Source of the DNA: Thermodesulfobacteriota bacterium
GTDB lineage: Bacteria > Desulfobacterota_D > UBA1144 > Nemesobacterales > N074bin48
Direction: 5' to 3'
NCBI GenBank assembly: GCA_041572575.1
Contig: JBFFSH010000071.1
Span: forward strand, 1 to 13,369
Length of the DNA stretch: 13,369 bases
This document shows, piece by piece, positions 1 to 8,158 of this stretch (positions are counted from its first letter, which is position 1; each line of letters begins with the position of its first letter). Made by a program: the position numbers and the translations under genes. A model generated the notes under the pieces. It saw nothing but the letters and a program-made list of their open reading frames with translations. It did not search any database and had not been told where the DNA came from.

Positions 1-89
1 ATAATATGACGCCGGAGGAGTATGTTAAACAACACATAAAAAAGCCGGAAATCTCTAATTATCCCGGTACAGCTTTTGGGTGAGGGTCA
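1..89 (+). mobile_element. Right end of an IS3-family (IS407-like) insertion sequence, truncated by the window edge
   Basis: Frame 3..83 reads NMTPEEYVKQHIKKPEISNYPGTAFG*, resembling the 'xTP.E(F/Y)' tail of IS3 OrfB transposases. It is followed by a terminus ...GGTACAGCTTTTGGGTGAGGGTCA, whose reverse complement (TGACCCTCACCC...GTACC) resembles the IS3 end at 13252. Confidence 0.7.
3..83 (+). CDS. C-terminal fragment of IS3-family transposase OrfB (partial)
   Basis: Manual translation NMTPEEYVKQHIKKPEISNYPGTAFG, TGA at 81-83 inside the putative terminal repeat. Confidence 0.6.
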   Translation, partial: NMTPEEYVKQHIKKPEISNYPGTAFG

Positions 90-141
90 ATTACCTAAAA
101 TTCTAACTTATAATCTGGTACTATTATATGGGGCAAGGTCA
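90..141 (-). repeat. 52-bp IS3-type terminal sequence; perfect inverted copy of 13252-13303
   Basis: Reverse complement is TGACCTTGCCCCATATAATAGTACCAGATTATAAGTTAGAATTTTAGGTAAT, identical to 13252-13303. Confidence 0.95.
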
Positions 142-188
142 GTCAAGAGAATTATATTAAAGCAATTGATGATATAGTATAATGTTAA

Positions 189-1325
189 TTGTCTATGCTT
201 AGGGAAAACATTACATTTGTTTTAATCATTTATATCTTATTATCGACTCTAATTGCTCCTAGCTCAGTATCAAGTGAAATTCATAAGTGTGTATCAAAAG
301 AAGGTGAAATAGTTTATACAACCAATCCTAATACAGTTGAAGGGTGTATCAATAAAACAGAAATCCCAAAACAAAAGAATAAAGATGTTGAAATAAATAC
401 AGAATTAGAATATGAAGCGAATGAAAAAGATGATAATGATCAAAGATACAAAACAATACTCAAACAAGAAACTAAAACAGATGATCTTGTAATAGAGAAT
501 AATATAAATTCATATCAGAATAATAATGATCAGGAAAACCTATCCGAGGACAACTCTCTTACTGATAAATATCACTTAGTAGAAAGATTAAATCAATCTG
601 AGAAACAGGATACTTATAACAAAGTTGGATCAAATCAACAACGAATTAAACATTATGAAAAGGTACTAGAAAATTGTCTTAAAAGTGCAGTACCAACAAG
701 CAGAGAAATTAAATGTGGTAAATTCAGAAAAAAACTTGAAGAAGAATACGAGAAAGCCCATTACATAACCTCAGAAGATCCACTAGACAATATTTCTAAT
801 ATTACTTCACATACTAAAACACTTGAAATAAGGCTTAAAAAATGTGTAACAACATCTCCGCCAAGTCCAAGCAGAGATTATAATTGTTGGAAACTGGAAA
901 AAAAAATAATAGACATAACAAATTTTACTACTTGTAGACCAAATACAATTATAGACGAATATACATTCAATTGTATTATGGCATCTGGGGCAGAAAAGAC
1001 TATAAGACTTATAGGTATAGGTACACCTGAATTAGATAAGTTTGATAATGGTCTAGATGCCCTAACTTACTCAGCTCATTTACTTGGTATGTATAATTAT
1101 GTAATTTTATAATTTGATATTCAATTTGAAGATAAATATCAAAGAATTCTTGCATATGTGTATCTTCCTAACGGCAAGATGATAAATAAATTATTACTAG
1201 ATCAAGGCCTAGCAGAAGTAATTACTGTACCTCCAAATGTTAAATATTCTGATTGGTTATCCAATGATACTACATCTCAATCCGATCCATCAATACCAAT
1301 AATTCCATTTAATAACCCCTATTAA
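189..1325 (+). pseudogene. Secreted protein: signal peptide + DUF4124-like domain + twin-Cys repeats + thermonuclease (SNase-like) domain, interrupted by in-frame TAA at 1110-1112
   Basis: Hydrophobic N-terminus; IHKCVSKEGEIVYTTNP (DUF4124-like); IRLIGIGTPE. After the stop the same frame continues FDIQFEDKYQRILAYVYLPNGKMINKLLLDQGLAEVITVPPNVKY...NPY* to 1325, the typical C-terminal half of SNase-family proteins. Start may be ATG 195. Confidence 0.8.
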
Positions 1326-1365
1326 ACAACAAATAGTTCTATAAAATTGAATTATCATTAAATAT

Positions 1366-1405
1366 TTGACTTATGAAGTCATGTAGCTATATTATTACTA
1401 CATGA
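1366..1405 (+). promoter_or_regulatory. Putative sigma70 promoter with two overlapping inverted repeats (operator) for the regulator-integrase operon
   Basis: TTGACT 1366-1371; TATATT 1388-1393 or TATTAT 1390-1395; IRs TGACTT-N3-AAGTCA (1367-1381) and TCATGTAG-N11-CTACATGA (1379-1405); no SD before ATG 1402. Confidence 0.55.
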
Positions 1406-1608
1406 GACAGAAAAGATTAAGATCAAAGATGTTTAGAGCATGGCTAAATGATACAGAACATGAATTTTTAAATAGTTATGCAGAAAAGAATTTTCTCACA
1501 GCTTCCGAACTATTCAGGGGCTGGCTACACAAAGTAATGATTAAGGAGGGATATGATATTCAAGAACCTCAAAATCCTGAAACAATCAACAAAGGGGGTA
1601 AGTATTAA
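1402..1608 (+). CDS. Small DNA-binding protein, ribbon-helix-helix (CopG/MobC-like)
   Basis: 68 aa; basic N-terminus, strand-like KMFRAWL, helix NDTEHEFLNSYAEK, then LTASELFR (RHH pattern). TAATG overlap with the integrase start; GGGGG/AAGG SD-like sequence near its 3' end. Confidence 0.6.
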   Translation: MRQKRLRSKMFRAWLNDTEHEFLNSYAEKNFLTASELFRGWLHKVMIKEGYDIQEPQNPETINKGGKY

Positions 1609-2705
1609 TGGGAGTATATAAAAAGAAAGACCGCTGGTATATAGATTACTATATGCCAAGTGGACATAGAAAAAGAGAAGTTGTAACCATTAAGGGTGTT
1701 GACCCTGCTCAGATAAATAGGCAAGACGCTTTGGACGCTCTCTCAATAAGAAAAGCAGAAATGGCACAGGGTAAGTTCGATATCGCACAAACAAAAAAAC
1801 CAGTATCAATTGAAAAAATAATTAATCAATATTTAGAATGGGCTAAGGACAACCATATAGCCTATGAGCGTGATATAAGCGCATCTAAGCCCTTATTAGA
1901 ATTCTTTAAGGGTAAGAACTCATCCAATGTTACTACATGGTCTATTGAGAAATATAAATCATTTAGAAAGTCTCAAGATAAGAAAGCGGAAACTATAAAT
2001 AAGGAATTATCTTTTATAAAGAGTACTTTTAAATTAGCCGTTGAGAATGGGGTAATAAGTTCCAATCCCATTAATGGGGTAAAGCTCTTAAAAGTACCAA
2101 AATCAAAGCCTAGGGTACTAAAAGATTGGGAATTTACTAAACTTTATCAAGCATCCCCGGAACATTTCAAATCCATACTGCTCTGTGGGTATTTAACAGG
2201 AATGAGGCGTGGTGAGATTGTTAAACTCAGATGGGAAGATATAGACTTCACTGATAAATATATACACGTTAATGAATCCAAAAATAATGAATACCGGACA
2301 ATACCAATAAACGATATTCTTTTATATACACTTGTTGAATTAAAGAAAGAATCAGAAAACGAATATGTATTTACAACCAAACTAGGAAAGCACTACACAA
2401 GTAATACAGCTTGGAAAACTGTATGGTCTAACACTCTCAAAAATTCGGGCATCGAGCACTGCACTTTTCACTCACTAAGACATTCTTTTATTTCTAATCT
2501 TATAGTAAATGAAAAGGAAGATTATATAACAGTTATGAACTTATCCGGGCATAAAACAATCAGGATGCTTGTAAGGTATTCTCATACACATGAGAAAGCA
2601 AAGAAGGCTGCGGTTGGCAAGTTAGGGAAGAACCTTGAATTAAGAAATTTTCAAGAACATAGCGGTCTTAAAGATATTTCAGATAAAGAGATTACAGCAG
2701 TTTGA
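1608..2705 (+). CDS. int: Phage-type tyrosine recombinase/integrase
   Basis: 365 aa; arm-binding-like N-terminus (VYKKKDRWYIDYY); catalytic motifs TGMRRGE (R), SKN (K), HSLRH (HxxR), SGHK (H), RYSH (Y) all present. Confidence 0.93.
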   Translation: MGVYKKKDRWYIDYYMPSGHRKREVVTIKGVDPAQINRQDALDALSIRKAEMAQGKFDIAQTKKPVSIEKIINQYLEWAKDNHIAYERDISASKPLLEFFKGKNSSNVTTWSIEKYKSFRKSQDKKAETINKELSFIKSTFKLAVENGVISSNPINGVKLLKVPKSKPRVLKDWEFTKLYQASPEHFKSILLCGYLTGMRRGEIVKLRWEDIDFTDKYIHVNESKNNEYRTIPINDILLYTLVELKKESENEYVFTTKLGKHYTSNTAWKTVWSNTLKNSGIEHCTFHSLRHSFISNLIVNEKEDYITVMNLSGHKTIRMLVRYSHTHEKAKKAAVGKLGKNLELRNFQEHSGLKDISDKEITAV

Positions 2706-2750
2706 TATTGCTTTTACTTAATTTATAGAGATAGTTAAAACCGTTTCTAT

Positions 2751-2792
2751 AAAAACCCCACAACCAAAGGGGTTAAGCTCTGATTGTGGGTT
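2751..2792 (-). terminator. Intrinsic terminator for the IPTL-CTERM gene (between convergent genes)
   Basis: Minus strand CCCACAATCAGAG...CTTTGGTTGTGGG stem (two G-U pairs) followed by GTTTTT. Confidence 0.7.
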
Positions 2793-2812
2793 CAGTGATT
2801 ATTTTAATTTTA

Positions 2813-3148
2813 TTATTCTGTTCTTTTTCTAAGTCTTAACACGGCAAACAACCCCAAAATTATTGTTGCCAGTATCATTCCCCATTGTCCCATAGTTGGA
2901 ACTATAACAGTTGGACCTGAAGGTTCATCAGTTGGAGGCACAAAGGGACATGATATTTCACTACATTCCACTCCTTCTACAAAAAATCCAGAAGACTCTG
3001 CACATTCAAGACCGTTTACATCTATACATGAATCATCTTCCAAGCAGCATGCTCCTGCAGGAATTGCACCTGTTCCTGCTTTAGATTCCGGAGTCGTTAT
3101 AAAAAACAAGGAACAAATAATGCCTATAACTAATAATGTTCTATACAT
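2813..3148 (-). CDS. Small Cys-rich exported protein with IPTL-CTERM sorting signal
   Basis: Signal peptide (…ESKA), six-Cys GACC domain, Pro/Thr linker, then VPTMGQWGMIL + transmembrane helix + RLRKR; AAGGA SD upstream. Confidence 0.85.
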   Translation of the reverse strand: MYRTLLVIGIICSLFFITTPESKAGTGAIPAGACCLEDDSCIDVNGLECAESSGFFVEGVECSEISCPFVPPTDEPSGPTVIVPTMGQWGMILATIILGLFAVLRLRKRTE

Positions 3149-3334
3149 AATATCCTTTACCCTCCAAATGATTTATTAAGTTGATACTTGAATATCACAT
3201 CCAGCAAATCAAATCAAGCAAAAATTTATTATATAACATTAAACTGCATTAACATATAAATATCAAGCTTTTTTTAACTCAACTGTTAATTTAAGTGCAA
3301 TATTGTAGTGCTTAAAATAGTAGTGACACCGATC

Positions 3335-3421
3335 TTAAAACCTTATCTTCTCCACCTCCCTGTACTTATGCTCCTCAGATACATGGCTGTAGGTTTTTAT
3401 ATGTACTGAAAATGATAGGAA
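3335..3421 (-). pseudogene. Possible relic C-terminus of a second tyrosine integrase
   Basis: Manual translation FLSFSVHIKTYSHVSEEHKYREVEKIRF*; TYSHVS..HK...VEKI resembles the catalytic-Tyr helix and tail of integrases (compare RYSHTHEKAKKAAVGKL in 1608-2705). Short, no start codon. Confidence 0.45.
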
Positions 3422-3454
3422 TTATTACGGATTTATTGAAAGAAATTAAGATTA

Positions 3455-3474
3455 TAGACACCTATTTGGACACC
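3455..3474 (+). repeat. Direct repeat T(A/G)GACACC x2, 12-bp period; candidate integrase arm-type sites
   Basis: TAGACACC 3455-3462 and TGGACACC 3467-3474, about 70 bp from the tRNA-Asp 3' end; a further GACACC at 3325-3330. Confidence 0.5.
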
Positions 3475-3544
3475 AAGGCAGATATATGATTAAAATATGG
3501 TTACGCAAGAACGCTGCAACTTATTGATATTATTAGGAGAATAA

Positions 3545-3622
3545 TGGCGGGGCCGACGGGAATTGAACCCGCGACCTCTGGCTTGACAGGCCAGCGTTCT
3601 AACCGGTCTGAACTACGGCCCC
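3545..3622 (-). tRNA. tRNA-Asp(GTC)
   Basis: GGGGCCG acceptor stem, anticodon arm CTGGC-CTGTCAA-GCCAG, GGTTCAATTCC T arm, encoded CCA. Confidence 0.97.
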
Positions 3623-3639
3623 GCATTAATTGTCTTTAG

Positions 3640-3714
3640 TGGTGGGCGGTACAGGATTTGAACCTGTGACCCCCTGCTTGTAAGGCAGGTGTTCTCCCGC
3701 TGAACTAACCGCCC
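3640..3714 (-). tRNA. tRNA-Val(TAC)
   Basis: GGGCGGT acceptor stem, anticodon arm CCTGC-CTTACAA-GCAGG, GGTTCAAATCC T arm, encoded CCA. Confidence 0.97.
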
Positions 3715-3745
3715 TCTCAAATACAAGCTGAAAAAACGAGTGTAG

Positions 3746-3774
3746 TTTATAACTGAAATAAGCTTATTTGTCTA
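3746..3774 (-). promoter_or_regulatory. Putative sigma70 promoter of the tRNA-Val/Asp pair
   Basis: Minus strand TAGACA-17 bp-TATAAA about 30 bp upstream of tRNA-Val; a perfect 14-bp palindrome AAATAAGCTTATTT (3756-3769) fills most of the spacer. Confidence 0.5.
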
Positions 3775-3803
3775 GTGTAATTTTAACAAAATATCCGGCA
3801 AAT

Positions 3804-6242
3804 CTATGAAAGATTCACATTAGAGCCAAATTCCGGCTCAACGGGAAAGGCGGCTGGATGTGGCGTGATCAAAATATCATTAAATACAGGCAGATCAGAC
3901 ACTATGGCTTGTTTAATAACTTCATCAATATTATCCACTAATACTACTTCAATATCCTTGAGTGTGTTTTTAGGTATGTCCTTAAGATCTTTTTCATTTT
4001 CTTTTGGAATGATTACCTTTTTCACCCTTGCCCTGTGAGCCGCAAGTATCTTTTCTTTTAGCCCTCCTATGGGAAGCACCCTTCCCCTAAGTGTTATTTC
4101 TCCAGTCATTGCTACTTCATTATCAATCGGTTTTTTAATTAGCGCTGAAACAATTGCTGTTACAAGTGCTATACCTGCCGATGGTCCGTCCTTTGGCGTA
4201 GCGCCTTCAGGTATATGGATATGTATATCAATCTTCTGATAGAAATAACGCTCAAGACCAAGCTGCTCAGCTTTTGAGCGCACATAGCTCATAGCCGCCT
4301 GAGCGGATTCCTGCATAACTTCTCCAAGCTTCCCCGTGATAGTAAAATTGCCTTTACCTGGAACCATTGATACTTCCACGGTAAGAATTTCTCCTCCTAC
4401 CTCCGTCCAGGCAAGGCCCGTACAAATACCTATCTGATTATTTTCTTCTATTTCTCCAAACTTGTATTTTGGTATCCCTAGTATGGTCTGAATATTCTTT
4501 TCACCAACTTTTACGGCATGATCAAGTCCCTTCTGCACGACCTTCTTTGCAGCCTTTCTGCACAAAGTTGATATTTCCCTCTCGAGCGTCCTAACTCCTG
4601 CTTCTCTGGTATACCTTCTAATGAGTGACAATATTCCACTGTCAGAAATAGTTAAGTTTTCAGGTTTTAGTCCGTGATCTTCACGCTGTTTGGGAACTAG
4701 GAATTTTTTTGCAATCTGAAGTTTCTCTAACTCTGTATATCCCGGGATATGTATTATTTCCATCCTGTCCTGTAGTGCCCAGGGAATAGTATGTAGTATA
4801 TTTGCAGTTGTAATAAACAGCACATTTGACAGGTCATAATCGACCTCCAGGTAATGATCATTAAAAGATTTATTTTGCTCGGGATCAAGCCCTTCAAGTA
4901 ACGCCGATGCCGGATCACCCCTGAAATCCATCCCAAGTTTGTCTATTTCATCGAGTAAAAACACCGGGTTTTTTGTACCTGCTTTTCTCATGCCCTGAAT
5001 AATTTTTCCGGGAAGAGCGCCTATATATGTTCTCCTATGACCTCTTATCTCAGCCTCATCTCTCACCCCGCCAAGAGATACTCTGATGAATTTCCTCCCC
5101 ATAGACCTTGCTATAGATTTTGCAAGTGAAGTCTTACCTACCCCCGGGGGACCGACGAAACATAGTATGGGCCCTTTTAGTTTGTCCGTGAGTTTTCTTA
5201 CGGCAAGATATTCTATTATTCTCTCTTTTGGCTTTTCAAGGCCATAATGATCTTCATCAAGTATCTTTGTAGCTTCATCAATATCCAGCCTGTCCTCTGT
5301 AACATCTTCTTCCCACGGAACCGATAGCAGCCAATCCACGTAGTTTCTAACCACCGTGGCCTCAGCAGACATAGGAGACATCATTTTTAGCTTTTTAATC
5401 TCTTTTTTTATCTTTTCTTCTACATCTTCTGGAATATTTTTAGCTTTAAGCTTCTCTTCAAACTCATTTATTTCAGACTTAAGATCGTCCTTATCGCCAA
5501 GCTCCTTTTGTATGGCTTTCATCTGCTCAGATAAATAATAGTCCTTCTGAGCCTTTTCCATCTGTTTTTTAACTCTCGATCTTATCTTTTTTTCTACCTG
5601 TAAAATTTCGGCTTCCGATTGAATTTTTTCATAAAGCTTTTCAAGTCTTTCAACAGGATCAAAGATTTCTAGTATTTCCTGCTTATCTTCAAGTTTAAAA
5701 GAAAGATGAGATGCAATGGTATCGGAAAGCCTCTCAGGATCTGTCATTGAAGATACAGTGACAAGCACCTCTGAGGGGATTTTCTTATTAAGCTTCACAT
5801 AGTTTTCAAATGAATTAATAAGTGTTCGGATCAAAGCCTCAGTTTCTGCGCCAGGATTTTTGCCAGTGGATACATCCTGTACTTCTACAAGGAAAAAACT
5901 TGATCCCGGAACATATCCTCTGATTCTTGTCCTCGACTTACCCTCTACCAACACTTTAACAGTACCGTCGGGAAGCCTCAGCATCTGAACTATAGAGCCT
6001 ATAGTTCCAATATCGTATATATCTTCTTTTTTGGGATCATTGGTCTTGGCATCCTTTTGAGCAGCTAAAACTATTTGCTTATCATTTTTCATTGCCTCTT
6101 CGAGAGCACGAATGGATTTTTCGCGTCCCACGAATAGCGGCGCTACCATGTAAGGAAATATTACTACATCACGAAGGGGAAGAAGAGGAAGCGTTTGAAA
6201 ACTTTCATCTTTATCATCCTCAGGTTTTAATAGATCGGTCAT
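3804..6242 (-). CDS. lon: ATP-dependent protease La (LonA)
   Basis: 812 aa; [11 protein letters not shown]-domain, Walker A GPPGVGKT, Walker B LLDEIDK, catalytic PKDGPSAG and GGLKEK; AAGGAG SD. Confidence 0.98.
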   Translation of the reverse strand: MTDLLKPEDDKDESFQTLPLLPLRDVVIFPYMVAPLFVGREKSIRALEEAMKNDKQIVLAAQKDAKTNDPKKEDIYDIGTIGSIVQMLRLPDGTVKVLVEGKSRTRIRGYVPGSSFFLVEVQDVSTGKNPGAETEALIRTLINSFENYVKLNKKIPSEVLVTVSSMTDPERLSDTIASHLSFKLEDKQEILEIFDPVERLEKLYEKIQSEAEILQVEKKIRSRVKKQMEKAQKDYYLSEQMKAIQKELGDKDDLKSEINEFEEKLKAKNIPEDVEEKIKKEIKKLKMMSPMSAEATVVRNYVDWLLSVPWEEDVTEDRLDIDEATKILDEDHYGLEKPKERIIEYLAVRKLTDKLKGPILCFVGPPGVGKTSLAKSIARSMGRKFIRVSLGGVRDEAEIRGHRRTYIGALPGKIIQGMRKAGTKNPVFLLDEIDKLGMDFRGDPASALLEGLDPEQNKSFNDHYLEVDYDLSNVLFITTANILHTIPWALQDRMEIIHIPGYTELEKLQIAKKFLVPKQREDHGLKPENLTISDSGILSLIRRYTREAGVRTLEREISTLCRKAAKKVVQKGLDHAVKVGEKNIQTILGIPKYKFGEIEENNQIGICTGLAWTEVGGEILTVEVSMVPGKGNFTITGKLGEVMQESAQAAMSYVRSKAEQLGLERYFYQKIDIHIHIPEGATPKDGPSAGIALVTAIVSALIKKPIDNEVAMTGEITLRGRVLPIGGLKEKILAAHRARVKKVIIPKENEKDLKDIPKNTLKDIEVVLVDNIDEVIKQAIVSDLPVFNDILITPHPAAFPVEPEFGSNVNLS

Positions 6243-6258
6243 AAAAGCTCCTTAAAAA

Positions 6259-7539
6259 TCACCCCGAGCCCATCTTTCTTTCTTCCTCATAGAAGAACAG
6301 AGGATTGCCTTTACCCTGCACAACCTCTTTTGTTATAACGCATCGTTTGAGATTATTGAGCGTGGGTACTTCATAAGAAACATCGAGCATAATTGATTCA
6401 ATTATCGCCCTTAGTCCCCTTGCACCTGTTTTTCTGATGATCCCTTCATGTGCTATTTCTTCAATAGCACCTTCGGTAAACTCAAGCTCTACATTTTCAA
6501 GCTCCATGAGTCTTTGGAACTGTTTAATAACAGCATTCTTTGGTTTTGTAAGAATTTCCATAAGTACTGATTCATCGAGCTCATCTAGCGTGGCTGTTAC
6601 AGGAATACGACCTATAAATTCAGGAATGAGGCCAAACTTGATAAGATCCTCAGGCTGAAATTCCCCTAATAATTCACTTAGGTTCTTTTCTTTTATATTT
6701 GTTATTACAGATTCAAATCCAATTGATTTCTCACCTATTCTGGTACCTATAATATCTTCCAGACCGCAAAAAGCACCGCCGCATATAAAAAGTATATTAG
6801 TTGTATCAATCTGTATGAATTCCTGCTGTGGATGCTTACGTCCGCCCTTTGGTGGAACATTTGCCTTGGTACCTTCAATAATTTTAAGAAGTGCCTGCTG
6901 TACCCCTTCACCAGAAACGTCTCTTGTGATAGAGGGGCTGTCACCCGATTTTCTTGCAAGTTTATCAATTTCATCAATGTAAATTATTCCCTTCGATGCG
7001 CGTTCAACATCATAGTCAGCAGCCTGTAGAAGGCTTACTATCATATTTTCTACATCTTCACCAACATATCCAGCTTCTGTGTAACATGTGGCATCCACTA
7101 TTGTAAAGGGAACGTCGAGAATCTTTGCAAGAGTTTGAGCAAGCAGGGTTTTACCACACCCTGTAGGGCCAATCATGAGAATATTACTTTTTTGAAGCTC
7201 TACATCGCTGTTTTTCTTGTTTCCTAACTGCCCAGTGAGTTCAACCCTTTTGTAGTGATTGTATACGGCTACAGAAAGTATTTTCTTTGCCCTTTCCTGT
7301 CCAATTACATATTCATCCAAGAATTCTTTGATCTGTGATGGTATTGGAAGATTGGAATACTGCTGTTTTAGATAACCTTCCTTAGCCTCTTCATCGGCAA
7401 TTATCTCATTACAAAGCTCAATACATTCATTGCATATGTATACAGTGGGTCCTGCAATGAGCTTACGTACCTCTCTTTGCCCCTTTCCACAAAAGGAGCA
7501 ATATAGCTTTCCGTCTTTTCCGTCTCGTTTAGTTGTCAC
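6259..7539 (-). CDS. clpX: ATP-dependent Clp protease ATP-binding subunit ClpX
   Basis: C4 zinc finger CSFC...[34 protein letters not shown] and IGF loops; GTGA overlap with clpP stop. Confidence 0.98.
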   Translation of the reverse strand: MTTKRDGKDGKLYCSFCGKGQREVRKLIAGPTVYICNECIELCNEIIADEEAKEGYLKQQYSNLPIPSQIKEFLDEYVIGQERAKKILSVAVYNHYKRVELTGQLGNKKNSDVELQKSNILMIGPTGCGKTLLAQTLAKILDVPFTIVDATCYTEAGYVGEDVENMIVSLLQAADYDVERASKGIIYIDEIDKLARKSGDSPSITRDVSGEGVQQALLKIIEGTKANVPPKGGRKHPQQEFIQIDTTNILFICGGAFCGLEDIIGTRIGEKSIGFESVITNIKEKNLSELLGEFQPEDLIKFGLIPEFIGRIPVTATLDELDESVLMEILTKPKNAVIKQFQRLMELENVELEFTEGAIEEIAHEGIIRKTGARGLRAIIESIMLDVSYEVPTLNNLKRCVITKEVVQGKGNPLFFYEEERKMGSG

Positions 7540-8147
7540 TTTTGTGCTTCCTCCCTTCTTGTTATTATAGCATCAACTACGCCATAATCTAAGGCATCTT
7601 TTGAAGTTAGGAAAAAATCTCTCTCCGTATCTTTTTCTATTATATCTATACTTTTGCCGGTATGTTTTGCCAAAATTTCATTTAGTTCCTGTTTTACCCT
7701 TAATATTTCCCTTGCATGAATGTCTACGTCGGTTGCCTGACCTTCAAATCCACCAAGCACCTGATGTAGCATAACCCGTGAATGCGGTAAAGTAAATCTC
7801 TTTCCCTTGGCTCCCGCTGCCAAAAGTACTGCTGCCATGCTAGCAGCCTGCCCCATACACATTGTTACAACATCGGGCTTTATGTACTGCATGGTATCGT
7901 AAATCCCAAGCCCCGAGGTCACATGCCCGCCCGGGGAATTTATATATACGTAAATATCTTTATCAGGGTTTTCTGATTCCAGGAATAAAAGCTGTGCTAT
8001 CACAGTATCTGCCATAGCATCCGATATGGGAGAACCTATGAATACAATCCTGTCCTTTAGAAGTCTGGAAAAGATATCATATGCCCTCTCACCGCGGCTG
8101 GTCTGCTCTATAACTATGGGGACAAAATTAGACATGAATAGACTCAA
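7536..8147 (-). CDS. clpP: ATP-dependent Clp protease proteolytic subunit
   Basis: [34 protein letters not shown] (Ser), MLHQ (His), ERD (Asp). True start may be ATG at 8135. Confidence 0.98.
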   Translation of the reverse strand: MSLFMSNFVPIVIEQTSRGERAYDIFSRLLKDRIVFIGSPISDAMADTVIAQLLFLESENPDKDIYVYINSPGGHVTSGLGIYDTMQYIKPDVVTMCMGQAASMAAVLLAAGAKGKRFTLPHSRVMLHQVLGGFEGQATDVDIHAREILRVKQELNEILAKHTGKSIDIIEKDTERDFFLTSKDALDYGVVDAIITRREEAQK

Positions 8148-8158
8148 GTATACTAATT

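Larger units (their letters stand above)
142..3544. mobile_element. Putative integrated element / integration hotspot at the 3' end of tRNA-Asp
   Basis: Tyrosine integrase pointing toward the tRNA-Asp 3' end, AT-rich accessory cargo, arm-like direct repeats near the tRNA. No second att copy seen in the window, so the left boundary is unknown. Confidence 0.6.

Noticed and set aside
60..145. IS3 circle junction (abutted IRR-IRL)
   Set aside because: A circle junction has tips facing each other (...CA-nnn-TG...). Here both tips point the same way, 52 bp apart.
1110..1112. Stop-codon reassignment or programmed read-through of TAA
   Set aside because: TAA terminates other genes here normally (e.g. 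1402-1608, 2813-3148, tig). One GAA>TAA change or a sequencing error is simpler.
1608..2705. Integron integrase or XerC/D call
   Set aside because: Has an N-terminal arm-binding-like extension, no IntI-specific insertion is evident, and it lies beside a tRNA 3' end. No complete attC site was found.
142..3544. Complete prophage, defence system or CRISPR array
   Set aside because: No structural, replication or defence genes, no regularly spaced repeats, and no second att copy visible.
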